DNA of 62,673 bases, the filler included, from Hausera hauseri (Eukaryota): assembly GCA_046269625.1 (NCBI GenBank). It is 11 parts of 11 records of this genome, joined end to end, with 100 filler letters (N's around TTAATTAATTAA, not from the genome) between each part and the next. Parts side by side here need not be neighbours in the genome. Positions count along the whole stretch, not along the records: positions 19,438 to 28,006 come from JBJURY010595444.1; positions 28,107 to 33,490 come from JBJURY010265731.1; positions 33,591 to 41,400 come from JBJURY010902757.1; 8 more parts are not named here. One strand, written 5' to 3'. Position numbers and translations under genes: made by a program. The notes below the pieces were generated by a model. That model worked only from the letters and a program-made list of their open reading frames with translations, ran no database searches and was not told the DNA's origin. Shown piece by piece: positions 22,849 through 37,000 of the stretch (position 1 is its first letter; each line of letters opens with the position of its first letter).

Positions 22849-25800
22849 GGAACTATCAGAATGTGTGAAACAGAAGCTTCAGCTGTCAGACTGTTGAAGG
22901 ACACAGAGTGAAGGTAGAAGCTTCAGACACATCTGTCTCTGCAGCTTTGATTTAGTGCAGAAAGAAGAAGATCAGAAGCAGAAATCTGTTCTCACTTTGT
23001 TTGGGTTTTGGTCTCTCTGTCAACAAGTCTTCACAACAAAATGATCCAATCAGCTCCATTTTCTCTGCTTTTCTCTCTACAGACCTGAAACACTGAAATG
23101 TTGAAACTTTTAGACGTGTTTTAGACGTGTCAGCAGAGAAATGCAATGAAAGCACAACATGTGTGAATAGAAGCAGGTTGTAGGAAGAATAAATATCCTG
23201 CTGAACTCTAGTCCAGATGGAAGAGAAGTTTTCTTACAAATCTTTCTGAGTTTATTTTGATCTTTTGATTTTTACACTTGTCTTTAACTGTCCCATGTAC
23301 TAAGCTTTATTTCATGTCAAGTCTTTTAATTCTAACAGTTGTTTTCTGTAAATGTTGCTCTGACTTTGACCCCAAGACAAGTCAGAAATATTAAACTAAC
23401 ACTACATGTTTGTAAGATATTGTAGATTGTTATTGAGTCTTAAATGCACTTCACATATACATCTTTTTATTCAGATGTCTAGTAGATTTAAATCATCAAT
23501 GGGATGATATTTTCTACATGACTGTGAGTTTTACTGTGTTTTTAGAAGTTTCTGAGTTCCACACCTCACAGCAAACATTAAACACACACGTCATGTTTTC
23601 ATATGTCAGCGCTGCAGGAACTGATGTCTGAGAGTCAAGTCACCTGATAGGAGGAGGAACTTCCTGATCTGCCATCATCTCATCTCTGAGGGCGGGACTT
23701 GACTCTGAGCCAGAAGTCTTTGTGACAGGAAGCTGGTGGTGGTTTCACTCAGGTCTCTGGAGACACAGAGGCTCTGAGGCCTGAAAACACGCTGACAATC
23801 CTTGCATGTGAAAAGAAATATTCAAGTCAAACTCTGAATCAGTTTCCTGTGTAGAATCTGTTCTTTGAACATCTTCTTTCCTGTTGATAAGATCCCACGT
23901 GATGTGACAGTAAACGTAAACTGGTTGAAGACATCAAGTCGTGGAGGCAGAGAACTGGCAGCACAAGCATCATTCCAAACTGCATTTTTAATCATCTGTC
24001 TTTACGAATGTCAAGAAGTCCCAGCAGCATCGTTCCATGGCACACTTTAAGTTGATTTATAATAAAGCATCAACAACATAACTTTATTCTTTCAGCCATA
24101 AAGAAGATGTGTTCAAAGCAGCACAATGAAAACCTGACATCAGACAGAAATGTCTCCTGATGTGAAACAGCTGTCAGCTCCGTCATCATCAAGCTTCAGT
24201 TTCTCTTCTTTCAAGCTGCTCTTCACACTTTTGGACACAAGATGGAGCCAAAGAGGACCGTGCTGAAAAACTTCAAGTCATGAAGCTTTTTTCAAAACAA
24301 GCCTCAGAAAAGCATCATCTGCCCATCACTAGTCCAAACACCAGAAGGAGAATCAGCAAAATAATCATTAGTATCCAGTGTTCCAGCTGTGAGCAGAACA
24401 GACTCAAGTCTTTCCACCCTGGGAGGCTCGGGACTGGAAGGGTCCACAGCTGGTGCTTGGTGGTCCCACCCTGCTAATGAAGAAGCTGCAGAGGGGGAGA
24501 CAGACTGGAATCTCCTCAAGGAGAGCTTCTGATTGGCTCCAAGCTCTGAACAACAAGCTCCAGTTTCCTGTCAGAAAACACCTCAACGTGTCTTTAGTTC
24601 AATGTTTCCATGGATCAAAGTCTGCTTGTAAAAGCAGGAAACTCTTGGTGTTTCACAGACTCAGAGTGCCCACATGTCAGGCTTCACAGCCCACAGGCCC
24701 ACAGGAGGACTGTCTTCATGTCCTCTCAGGAGGAGGTGGGACGTTCTGTCAGTCACACTGAGGGGGACTGAATCCCAGCAGCCAATGAGACGTGAGGACA
24801 CTCAGTCCACAGAGTCCAACAGGACATACGCTTCAGTAAAGTTCTGAGTGAATTACTGAGTGAAGAAGAACGTGGAGTTCTTTCTGCTGCACAAACTAAA
24901 GAAATCAAGTTTCTGTCTGAAGAGTTTCCATCTGTGGAGCTCACATTTAACAAGGAATCACGTCCTGTTCAGGAGATCAGAGTCTTTGTTAGTAAAATAT
25001 CTGCAGCCAAACATTTTCATGTTGCAGAGAAAACTGTGACAGAACGTTGTGGAGATGAAATGAGCTCCATCTTCCCACAGTTGGTGTGAAAACACAGAGT
25101 CTCCGAGTGAAGAAGAGGAACAGAGCAGCAAACATCCAGGATTCATTTCACACAAACAGTCTACTTTCACAATCTGAACAACATGTTGGAAGGATTTTAG
25201 TCTTTTCTCAACTTATTTCAACAGTCAGAAGAATAAAAACTAAGAGGACAGACTTTGTGTTTGAACAGGTTTTACTGTTGAACTAGACGAGCTGTCTGTT
25301 TAAAACTCAACAATCATGAAGATGTTTGAACATTTCCTCCTGAACTCATAAAGTCTGAACAGTTCCTCGTGTCGATGACTTCTAACGTCTCTCTGTCTGC
25401 TTCCTTCCTGTTCTTTACTTTCTCTTTAGCCTCGACGTGACGCAGAGGGTTTTCTCGGAGGAAGCCTTCGTCTGACGGTAATAAGAACAGTTTTTATTGT
25501 TTGACTGGTTACAATCAGCTGATAGCAGCTCAGTTTCAGCAGAAACAGCAGAAATCTGCAGCTCCATCAAAGCAGGGGAGGTTTTGGGGTCTCTGAGCAG
25601 GATTTGATTTGGGGCCCGGTTTAGTTCGGCCCATCACCACCAACATCTTTTTTATGTTTTTGTTTTCAACACAACTGGTTTCATTTAGTGAGCTGATAAT
25701 AAATCCTTGTAGTGACTTTATTACAGAAAGTCTTTTATCTGACACACACGCCTGACAACTTCAGTGTGGCTCCACGTTTGAACCGAGGCTGACGGTGATC

Positions 25801-26934
25801 TGACAGGAGGCTTCATTTCCTCCTGGTTCTTTAAGTCAAAATTCATTTAGAGAACTATCAGGCCTGGTTGTTTTCAGTAGCTCATCCATCCATCTAGTTA
25901 ATACTTTCTGAAGGTTTTAATCAAATATTTTGCTGACAGAGTTGATTCAGATAGTTAACAAAGGTTTTAAACCCACATGTTGGTGCTCAGAGTATGAGGC
26001 TACGTTCACTGCAGGTCTTATTACTCAGTTAGGCTTTGTTCTACTCAGATCTGATTACTGGGAGTGGTTCTTCACATTAGCCTGGATCTCCACTGGCTCT
26101 GCTCTGCTGTGAAGCCCAGTGGTGCTCTGAGAAGCAGCCGGGGAAATGTGGGCTCACACCATAAAGCCAGGTATAAAAACTGAAGTCTCCACAGAACAGT
26201 TCATTCTGTGGAAGTCAGACAGATTTTAAAAACACTGTTCTATAGAACTCCATGGAAGGACTTCAATCAACTGTTGAAACTGTATCGCTGTTTGTCTTTT
26301 TGAACCTTTTGTTTTCAGAATAAAATCTACATTTTGTTTGTATTATTTGTGTGCATAACCATAAATGATACATTTTGACAGCATATATGTATAAATATGT
26401 CCATATTTTATTAACTAGGGTTTTGACAAAATGTCTGTCTTTAATGAATTATTTTGGAAATACAGATGTGCTCGTTCCTTTTCCTGTTGGTGCGGTGTGA
26501 TCTCTGTAGATTGACTCTACACTGGATTCAACATCTGTCAAAAATATAATCAAGTGTAGTTTTGGTGGATGGTCATGTGTCCTGTGTCCTGACAGAGGTA
26601 CTGTAAATGCTCTCATAGACTATAAAGGGTTTGTTTTTCCTGCAGAGTTGGTTCTGTGGTGGAGCAGAGAGGACTCACTGTAAATCTGAGGTCAGAACTT
26701 AAATGTGATCCCCGTCAGACTCCAATGTGACGAGTTTACAGGCCTAAAGTGACCCTCGTGAAGAAGGGGGCTCACCTGTTGCACGCTGTGTTTACAGAAG
26801 TAAATGTGGTTGTCACACATGTCAGTGAGGGTGATGATTTTGAAATTGTGCAATCAGCCAACGGAGTCGACTAAAGACATTAACCCTCTAAGGTCTGGGG
26901 TCTAAATGGTTGTTTTTGAACTTACCCATATATT

Positions 26935-27138
26935 TTCATCTTCCATCCATCCATTATCTATACCTGCTTCTTCCTTTCAGGGTCACTGGTGCCCATATCC
27001 AGCAGTCACTGTGCGAGGGGCGGGGTACACCCTGGACAGGTCTCCAGTCCATCACAGGGACACATAGAGACAAACAACCATTCACTTTCTCACTCACACC
27101 TAGAGACAATTTAGAGTTACCAATCAGCCTAACATGCA
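26935..27138 (-). mobile_element. Teleost SINE fragment with (TGGA)n tail
   Basis: CCATCCATCC...GGGGTACACCCTGGACAGGTC.CCAGTCCATCACAGG...ACAATTTAGAG..ACCAAT, a common fish SINE core. Confidence 0.8.
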
Positions 27139-28106
27139 ATGAGTCAAATCTGATTACTTGAAATGGTTTCCCAATAACTCCATAAACTCGTGAGCAAGAC
27201 TGGCAGTCAAATTAAGACACAGGTTTCCTTTCTGCACAGTTTCTATCTTATTGACAGATGGATTTCAAAGACTCACAGAGAAAGTGAGGGCAGGATAAAG
27301 CTTATCTGCCCTAGTCCTCAGCAGCTTGTAAAACAATGCTGGAACAAGTGCAATCTCTGTGGTGATAGATTACAGCCCCGGTGTTAGCTCAGCACTCATG
27401 CTAGCCAAGCAAGACAATGAGATTGCTCTCAGGCGTATCGTGGACGCCTCACACACAAAACACTCACCTTTAAATCTGTCTCATAATAACCATAGAGGCA
27501 TATTGTAGATTGTCTTGTTAGGGGATAAAAGCACAAGGTATGACTGGGAATGCTGGTATGTTTTCACACAATTCTGTCTTCATTCCTGCACTGAAGCTTG
27601 GCTATGGGATCTTTTCATTCAGCCTGATTAAATAAAATCCCTCTCAGGGTCATCTGTGCAATGGAACTTATTTATATTAGAACATTTAATTACATTTACG
27701 TATACAAGGACACATATAGTCAATTTGTTGTTGAACTGGGTTCGTGCATTGACATGTTTAATGAGTGAGTTCATTCAAACATCTGTTTATCTAAAGCTAG
27801 AGACTTATATGAAAAATACAGCTTTTTAAAAATAATTACATGGCTGGCTGTTATAAGTGGGTTAGTAGGGCTAAGCCCCCTTTGGTGTTTACAATAAAAA
27901 AAAGTCAAAAATTGAACTGAATTGCATTTTGTGAAATGTGCGATAAACAAATGCCAGTCTGGAAAAAATCCTACAGTCTTTCTAAAGGACTAACTTTTGT
28001 TTAATGNNNNNNNNNNNNNNNNNNNNNNNNNNNNNNNNNNNNNNNNNNNNTTAATTAATTAANNNNNNNNNNNNNNNNNNNNNNNNNNNNNNNNNNNNNN
28101 NNNNNN

Positions 28107-31100
28107 CGTAAAGCATATCTTTCACTGCTGAATAATCTCTCGATCACCTCGTCACCCTGGAGATAGTATGGTGAGCTCCAGGATTTTCTTATTTCGAGAA
28201 GTGCACAAAGTTCATGTAAGATTTCGTTCTCGAAGGAACTACTCCTATCTGAATGTATTCCTGTCAGGGATTCCAAATTGCGATATCCACTTGTTGAATA
28301 TGAATTTGCATATCGTTTTGGCAGTTATATTCTTCAGAGGTATCAGTATAGGGTGTTTTGAAAATTTATCGATGATTCCCAAAATGTATCTACATTCATT
28401 TCTGCTTTCTGGAAGAGGTACCGTTACATTGATGGATATTTTTTCAAAGGGATACCAGGCATTTAAAGATTCATGTGCCCTATGTTTGTCTGGCCGTTGA
28501 TTTTTGCGCACTTGGCACTCTTTACATTTTTCTATTCTTATTCTAACATCAAAAGACATCCGACCAGTAGAATTTCTCCTTTAAAAAGCTGTCGTTTTGC
28601 TGACTCCGATATGTCCATTAGGGTGATCCTTGACCATATGCTAAATATCAAAGCTTGCATTACCAATGTTCTCACCCCTCAATATTTTACATATATATGC
28701 AAGTGATTAGCGTCCAAAATTATTTAGTGATATCATATTTAGAGACGGCTGAAGACGTCTGGATTCTGCATTAGTATGGAATTGAACATCATGCATTTGT
28801 TACAGCATATTTATTTATTACAAACGTTACAACATACAGTCAACTTACTTTCGAGATAGATATAGGTCACGTTTATAATAGGTTAGTCAGAATCGTCCAT
28901 TCCACATTGAACTAGTGTCTGTTTTCGACAATCAGGAAACAATTTTGTATGTTTCTGGACAACCTGAAGAAAGTACTGTTTCTGGCTTTCTTTCTTGGTC
29001 ATGAGGCTGTTGTATTCATAAATAAGCGCTACAGCTCTCTGCGTTATCATTCACTACTTCAAGTCCTTTCATTATCCTTAGTCCATATTGATAATGACTT
29101 CTTTGATGCCACATATCAGGATCAGGCTGAACAAAATCCATTGAAATGTTCAAGTGCTGGAAAAACGTCTGCGTGTTTTTGGTGACAAAGTTCTCAATTG
29201 TCAATTTATGGCTGCTCCTTATAGACAATGCACGCCGTTTTGGATTTGAATCTGACCCTTCTGTCTGAAGCTTTTACCATTTCACTCTGTGTTCACTGGG
29301 ATGTCTACATCCAAGAATGATACCCCAACGAGTTCTTCACTGATATACCATAGATGCTTACGAAACTTGTTGCCAACTGCTTCAGCCACGACTGCATTTT
29401 GTTTGTGGTAATCATCAAGATACTGCGTGGGGATTAGATCATTAATAGGAGCAGAAATCGTAACTAGAGCTGTAAAGCAGACTCTAACATGTATTCGGAA
29501 GAGTAAGATGCAAATGTTTCATGAAATGCACTTGTTTCATGAACGGTTAACTTGAACTGTTCCTTGAACATCCATATTTTAAATGCATATAGCGCTTTCC
29601 CCATCCATCTCGCATGATGAACAGCACCAGAACATGAAAAACGAACACCTCTGGGTGACACATTACCAGCAAAAATGATAGCCAATTCTAGTAGCTCTCT
29701 GTAGTCGTCTTTAACCTGATGAAATTCTAGATGACGTTTAGAGAAAGTTATTACGGCATCTCTGCAATCTCTTACTACTTCAGCATCACAACTGTCGTAA
29801 TTGGTTTTGTCGAAAGACTTCCACTGTTTTCTAAATCGATTAAAAATCGCAATATCTGCACCACTTGATGGCCCCATAAACTTGCATCTTTGGATAACAA
29901 CTATTAACATAATTTCCATAATGTGGTGGCGACAAGGCAAATGCAGTAACTGTCTGTTTAACTTTTGCTTCAACAAAACATGCCCCACCATACTTACCAG
30001 TTACTGGCTGTTGTATCGAAGAACATCGCACAGACTTTGTCAGTTAAATTCCAGTCCTGCAAAAAGTGTACAACTGTCTCAGCTTGGGCTTCACCGGTAC
30101 CAGCTGTTAATTTCGGGACACCAATTAACTGATGGACATCTGTACCTGAAATTATTACTGGAACATGCAGTATCTTTCCATCCCAGTTCACAACTAAGGG
30201 AACTGATGGCTGAAACTGATCTTTCAATGAGTTTGCTACTTGAGTACGAGCTTGTTTGATAGAGGAGCGATTGATGGAATAATCTGCTGCACCATGACCC
30301 AGTGTTAGCAGTTTCAGTCAAAATAAATGCTGCTTGGCCATCAGAGACTTTTGATCTATCAAGGGCTGCTGCCAAGTCAAAAGTAATAACAGCTTTAGTT
30401 GCTCTTCTTTTTTTCGTTTTACTGCATTCGATTCTGTAATGCTCGTGTAACTGTCAGCGGTATCAGCACTAGATTCCTCAGTACTTTATTCAATGTCTGA
30501 TGTACCACCAATTGGGAATTGTGACTTATTTAAACTTGTTCAACACTCTTTTATCGTAGTTCCTTTTTAGATCAGATTGACGTTTCTTCAGATTTTCAGT
30601 TCTCTTTTCTTTAGCAGCCATTACATTGTCAACCTTACCCATGCAGCCTCGTCGGCCTGGCTCTCTGAGCATTGAGAAATTCCTTTTTTCTTGATTCTTT
30701 AACATATTCATAGCGTCCATATTCGATATATCAAACAAATTATCTAGATTTTTCATGAAATTAGCTTCTTTACTTTTCTTCTGCATTCTTCAAAAGTTTC
30801 CATCGATGGTTCAACCTTTCTAGCTGTTGAACGCAATGATGCTTGGGACGAATCGGAATTCTTGCTTTTTCCCAAAATTCTATTACTTCTACAACAATCC
30901 TTGCACTTTCATGAACTGTCTGATGGACAGTATTATGTTGATACTTGAAGCGAGAAAATGTTTGTCTGATTGAAGGTAACTTGCACTCTTTAAGTTCATT
31001 CTCTTCTTGGCCTACTAGCCATACGACAGTTGAACTCCTTGCACATTCTTATGTTTTGGCCATTGTTAATTTGATAAATTGATAAAATAGATTCACTTCA

Positions 31101-33490
31101 CTGTGTAAGCAACAGAATGACCGAAGCGTTAAAGCCAATAGTTTACTACTAAGCGCACAACAATCGCATTAAGAAATGAACTGCTACTAACAAGTAACTA
31201 TGACTAAGTCTGTTTACATTTACGCTTTGATGATGGCACCAACCAAGAACGTAACAACAATTTGATTTTGGTATTTTTAAGTGTTTTAGCATTGCAGTTT
31301 ATTAACTAGCTCTATGTCTGACTAGCTACGGACTATAGTAAATCTTTATCTGCAAGTATGTAGTATGACCTTTTTCCGTGATTGAGCCACCTCGAAATAA
31401 TGTAATAATGAGCTGATATTTACACAGAACATCATTGGACAATGTATGCACAGAACTAGGGGATGGGGAGGTACATTTTCAAAATTTCGATTTTAAGGAC
31501 CACCCTAATGTTCATGTAACATATGAGCATGGTCGATGATTTCATACGTTTTATTTTTTGGCAATAGAAGTTTAGTCTCCATGGCGAATTATATATGACA
31601 AATATCTAAATCTCAAGTCCTTCAGATTTCGCCACAGCATCTTGGCTTCTCTATCCGCATTCTGAAGTTCTCCCGGATACTGATCCTCAATATTTTTGTC
31701 TTTCATTAATTTGATCATCAACGTAAGATTATCATCATCCGTCTGATAGACGTTCTCTTCTTCCATTACTACACGACTTCAATAGACAACAGTTTTTTCA
31801 TTTTTATTTTCATTGCAGTATTCCATATTTCTTTTTATTATAGGATTTTCGTGGTTCATTGCACAATGTTGACATTGTTCAGGTGCTCGGGATAGGGCAT
31901 CTGTATTCTTATGTTCTTTCCTGTATTGTATATCGATATCGAAAACACTTAATTCATTGAGCAATGCACTAAATTGGCTTGTACTTGGTGTTTTCCTATT
32001 CATCATCCAACAGAGAGCTTTGTGATCTGCTCTTATGACAAATCTTCTTCCAAACAAATAATATCTAAATATTTTTGCATATTTATAGACACTTAGCAAC
32101 CCCTTTCTTGTCACAATAATGCTGTTCTGCTGCAGACAATTTATGTGAAGCGTAGGTTATTACTTTTTCATATCCACTTTGAACTTTAGAAAGGACGCAT
32201 CTAATGGTATTATCGCGTGCATCTGTATCCAAAATAAAATGGTCATGGTTATTTGGAGCTGGCAAAATTTGAGCTGTTGTTATAGATTGTTTTAAATGAA
32301 GGAAAACGTTGAGCATATTATCTGGTCATTGCAACGGATGAATTTTTCTCGTCTTTGTTTTATTCAAAATGTCTTTACACGGCTCTTCCAATGGCGCAAC
32401 AATTTTGGCGTAATCTTTAATATAATTTTGGTAGTATCCGCAAAGTTCAAGAAATTTTCTTATATCTTACCGAGACTCTGCCTGTGGCATTCTTGGATTT
32501 TATCCTCATGCGTCGAAATTCTACTGTCTGACACTCTATAGCCTAGGTACCTTACATCATTCGCAAAGAAATGGCACTTTGCTGGTGCAATTATTAAGCC
32601 AGCTTCTTTGATTTTATTTAGCGCGTTTCGCAGCCTGGCAAGATGTTCCTCGTTGTCTTTCCAAAAAACTAAGATGTCATCCAAATATATTAAACATTAC
32701 TTCCAGTTTTCCTCGTTCAATATTGTTTTCATAACTCTGGAAAGTTACTGGTGCACCTGCCATGCCAGTTGGCAATTCCCAAAACTCCCAATGTCCTTTT
32801 CTCGTACTAAAGCTGTTTTATCTCTATCACAATCTGCAAGATGTATGTTATAGTATCCCACAGCCAGGTTAATTGTGCTGAAGTATTTCGATCCTTCTAA
32901 AGTATCAAATAGTTGCTGCATATCATGAATAGGAAATGAAGGCACTTTTGACTTTTGATTTAATCTCCGGTAATCCACTGTAAGTCCAGTGTCTCCGTCC
33001 TTCTTCGGCACAATAACTCTAGGAGCGTTGTATTCTGATACAGTTGGTTGAATAATATTTTATTGTAGCCTACTCCTGTTTTTGGCTATTATCTTTAAGA
33101 TCTATTTCATGTTCAGCGTTTCGCGCCAATTCTATATCATATTTAGACAAACTAAATACATCTCTGAATTCCTTCACTAAGCTAGTAATATTATCTCTAT
33201 TACTATCATTTACGCATTGAAATTAGAATAAAACACTCAATTTCGGTTGCTACCGTCTGAGTCTCACAGGGCATATATTGCTTCCGACTTCTCAAACTGC
33301 CCTTTTTAACTGATTTATTGGGACTGTTGTGTCTGCATTCACCTTAGACACAAAGGGAACAAAGATTGCTCCACAATTAACTCCACTTTTATCGAGATCA
33401 ATATTAAGCCCAAGACTTTTCATACTTCGTATCCCAAGAAATATGCCAGGGCTCGGTTCTACGGTACTTGTTCCCGTATCTGTTTCATTT
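28107..33490 (-). mobile_element. Ty3/gypsy pol (RT-RNase H-integrase) of a second family, decayed and interrupted by a hAT
   Basis: VDYRRLN and DDILVF (32460-33011), LDTDA and RADHKAL (31779-32316), integrase HGHIG..CKECQ..PFEKI..IIDKFSK..FGIP (28107-28617). Confidence 0.92.
28619..31507 (-). mobile_element. hAT-superfamily (hATm-like) DNA transposon, full length with decayed transposase
   Basis: TIRs TAGGGTGATCCTT (28619) and AAGGACCACCCTA (31507). 8-bp TSD ATGTCCAT/ATGTTCAT. Transposase motifs WDGK, FDTTASN, CRHH, HHARWM, HLWYI, VVNDNAE. Confidence 0.88.
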
Positions 33491-34082
33491 NNNNNNNNNN
33501 NNNNNNNNNNNNNNNNNNNNNNNNNNNNNNNNNNTTAATTAATTAANNNNNNNNNNNNNNNNNNNNNNNNNNNNNNNNNNNNNNNNNNNNGTGCAATATT
33601 GACTAAAATCATAAGGTTTTCGAAGAGTCGACGAATAATGAGAAATAAGTGATGTCAAAACACGTTCCTTAATGTAAAACACAGATTTTAATGAAATTTG
33701 GTGTAATAACCTTTAAAAAAAAAGAAATACACCATTTGTTCGTTCAGTTTTTGTCATTCCAATAAAATATTGTCAAAAAGATAATTCTGCGGATATATTG
33801 GCACCGTTTACAAGAAAACGATTCAGTATCTGTAAACAAACTGAAATGAATTCATACAACAATATACAGGGAATGGGTCTTTTGAATAACGGGTAATTAT
33901 TGAATTCTGGAAAGGTTAATACTCCGTTTATGACATTTATACAAAGATCATATTTCTCTGGCAAAGTAAAAGAACTGACTTTTATCTCTACGAAATCGAT
34001 GTGAACCGATTATAGGAAGTTTTTTTCTATTTGAGTTGACGGTAATTTTGAAGGAGAAGACTGATGTTGCTGTTCGTAGAAG

Positions 34083-37000
34083 TAATGACTGAGAAATTCG
34101 GTGCAGTTTGATTGTGGTGGCGCTCGAGTCCGCGGCACCACACTACCCCTGTTACAAAAATGACACTATCGGGGCATTAATGCAAAAGAAACAAGAAAGC
34201 ACAGTCAAACGGTTTATGTGAACTATAGAGTCATTGTATGAACAAGACGTTGGACTTTATCGGTATTTTGTTCTCTGCTATATTTGCTGAAAATAACTGT
34301 CTTGCTCTGTTTAACGTTCTGTTTAATTTTCCACCGAGATGATTGGGATGAAGTCAGATTTTGATTTGACATGTAAGCAGCTTGATAACTGGTCGGTATG
34401 TCGTTTAGCGTAGCTTTTTGAGTTGATGCAAATTTTGGAGTAGCAAGTTGTCGTGTAGGTAGAGTGGAAGACGAATTTAAGGAGTAGAGAAAGGTTTGTG
34501 TGGACTCAGCTGAAGATTCCGGTGTGTCATCAACGAAGAATGGAGGCTTTACATTAGTTATGTGCACGTTTTGTTCTCTATCGTTTTTGAGTATTGTAAC
34601 CGTGTGCGAAGTTATATTGAGGACTTAAAGTGGTCCTAAATAGTTTGGTTGGAATCCGGAAGGTGAAGGGTTTTTTAACCACGCAAACTTTGCATTAAAT
34701 ATTGAATCAGGTAAGTATATTTTTTCACCATGTATTATTTTACAGAAAGTGGCCTAGCTTAACTGGACAAAATGATTTTGTGCAAACCTAATGGCTTCGT
34801 CAGTCGGCGTTTTGTCTAAATCTGTTAGTTCGAAAAGTGCACGAATTGTGGTACTGAAAGGTGCTTAAGCGGGTGCGCAACCGGTGGTAGTAGACGGCAT
34901 GTTGCACCACCCGAGTAAAACAAAATGAAGGATGTTTTTTCCAATTCGTATAAGTTGGGGCCAGAATTTTTAGGGAGATTTTAAGTGTGCGATGAATGCG
35001 TTCCAATAAGTTGTTCGACTAAGGATGATATGAAGTTGTGTGAATGTGATTAATGTCCAGTCGATTAACTAAAGACTTGAATAGATTCGATTCAAAATGA
35101 GGACTTTGGTCCGTAATTATATAGCGAGGTGAACCGAACCGGCTAATCCAAATTCTTGTGAATGCATCGGCTATGGAGTCTATATTGATGCAGCGCAGAG
35201 GAACGGCTTTTGGTCAACGAAATGCGTGGTCCATCATTGTTAAAAGGAATTGGTGGTCGTTATCAGAAGGTAAAGAACCGACAATATTTTAGTGAACCGA
35301 TTCAAAGCTGGACATACAGGGGAAATAAAATAATGGTGGTTTAAGATGCTTGGCTACTTTAAATTTTTGGCAAGACACGTATTGCTTAACCCAGCTTTGC
35401 ACAACAGATCTCATTGATAACCATGTCGACGTATCTATGGCTATTCCATAGATGATTTGGGCGGATTTGTACTGTTTAAGAATTTCAGCTAAAGGGGAAT
35501 TTTGGATTAATTGTTCCTTAGAAAATATTGGTGTGACATTAATAGCACCAACTGACCGTCATAAAAAATCGGCTATTAAATTGTCTGTGTCAGAAATATG
35601 ACGAATTTTAAAGATGAATGTTGATAAGTATGAGATATGGCGTTCTTATCGAATTGATGCTTGTTTCATATTCATTACATGAACGAGAGGTTTGTGGTCC
35701 GTTTGAATGGTAAAGGAACGAGCGGTCAGTAAATGTGAAAAATGTTTAAGAGATAAACAATGGCCAGGAGTTCCCTATCAAAGGTAGAATAACGGCATTC
35801 TTGTGGCTGGAGTTTACGTGAAAAGAATTCTAACGGCTCATTTATCCCTTGAGATATTTAATGAAGAACCGCTCCTACTGCTATAGTTGATGAGTCGGTT
35901 GTTAAAATGAAGTCATCATCAGGTTTCGGGTAAGCTAAAATATCGACTGTTTTAAGCTTGTTGCGGAGTTCATCGAACTGGTTAACAAGTTCTGGCGTCT
36001 AATATATAAGTTTTTTCTTCGGCCCTGCTCCTAGTTGAGCGAAAGGAGCAGTTAACTGGCTAAAGTCTGAGACGTATTTATGAACAAAATGTAAAGTACT
36101 AAGGAAACTACGCATGTCAGTAGTGGTTTTTGGTAGACCGATGTTTTGTAACTGATGAATTCTATCAGGCTGTGGACTGTGACCGTCAGGTGTGATGACG
36201 AAGCCAAGGAAATTGACCTTTTTCTGGAAGACGGAACACTTAGAAAAGTTCATTTGCAAATTTTAGTTGTGTAAGCGTTGTAAAACTAGTCTGAGATGTT
36301 CTTCGTGCTGTTTGAGCGATGCTCATGCGACTAATACGTCATCGATGTACAGATATACAAACGGCAAGCCTAAAGGGATTGAATCAATATGCGTTGAAAA
36401 GTTTGTGCTGCGTGCTTTAAACCGAACCGCATAAATCCATATTCAAAAAGACCAAAATGTGTTATTGTGGCCGTTTTTTGGATGTCATTAGGTGCTACCG
36501 GTATTTGGTGGTAAGCTTTTTGAAGATCTATAGTTGGATAAATTGCGGTCTTGTGTAAAAAATGCAATATATCCTTAATCAAAGGTAGAGGACAATCATC
36601 CATGGTAGTAACGTTATTAAGTTGGCGATAATCGTCGCATGGACGGAATGTAACATCTTTTTTGGGGACGACGTGTGTGGTGATGCCCAAGGTGATTTCG
36701 AGCGTTTTATTATGCCAGCTTGCTCGAGTGCAGAGAATTGCGCTTATACTGCCGGTCGACGGTGTGGTGAAAGTTGGCAGAGTTTTTCCCTAACGGTCCT
36801 AAAATTTTCTGTGATGATATGATGAAGCGTCGTGTTAGCCGGTCGAAATTCTGGATCTTTTTTATTGCATGAAAACAAGACTTGAATAAATATTGTTGCA
36901 TTTCTTGGCTAAGCGTAGTAAAGCATGTTGTTGTTACTGCAATGGCTTGATTGAACTTAGTATGAGAAATGGTAAAAATCGGGCCGCCCAAATCGGACTT

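Noticed and set aside
24150-25300. Protein-coding exons in the fish-like contig
   Set aside because: Short overlapping ORFs on both strands with no recognisable family or consistent splice structure.
34113-34142. A complete 30-bp TG...CA mini-LTR
   Set aside because: Similarity between copies 3 and 4 continues at least 30 bp past the palindrome, so the LTR is longer.
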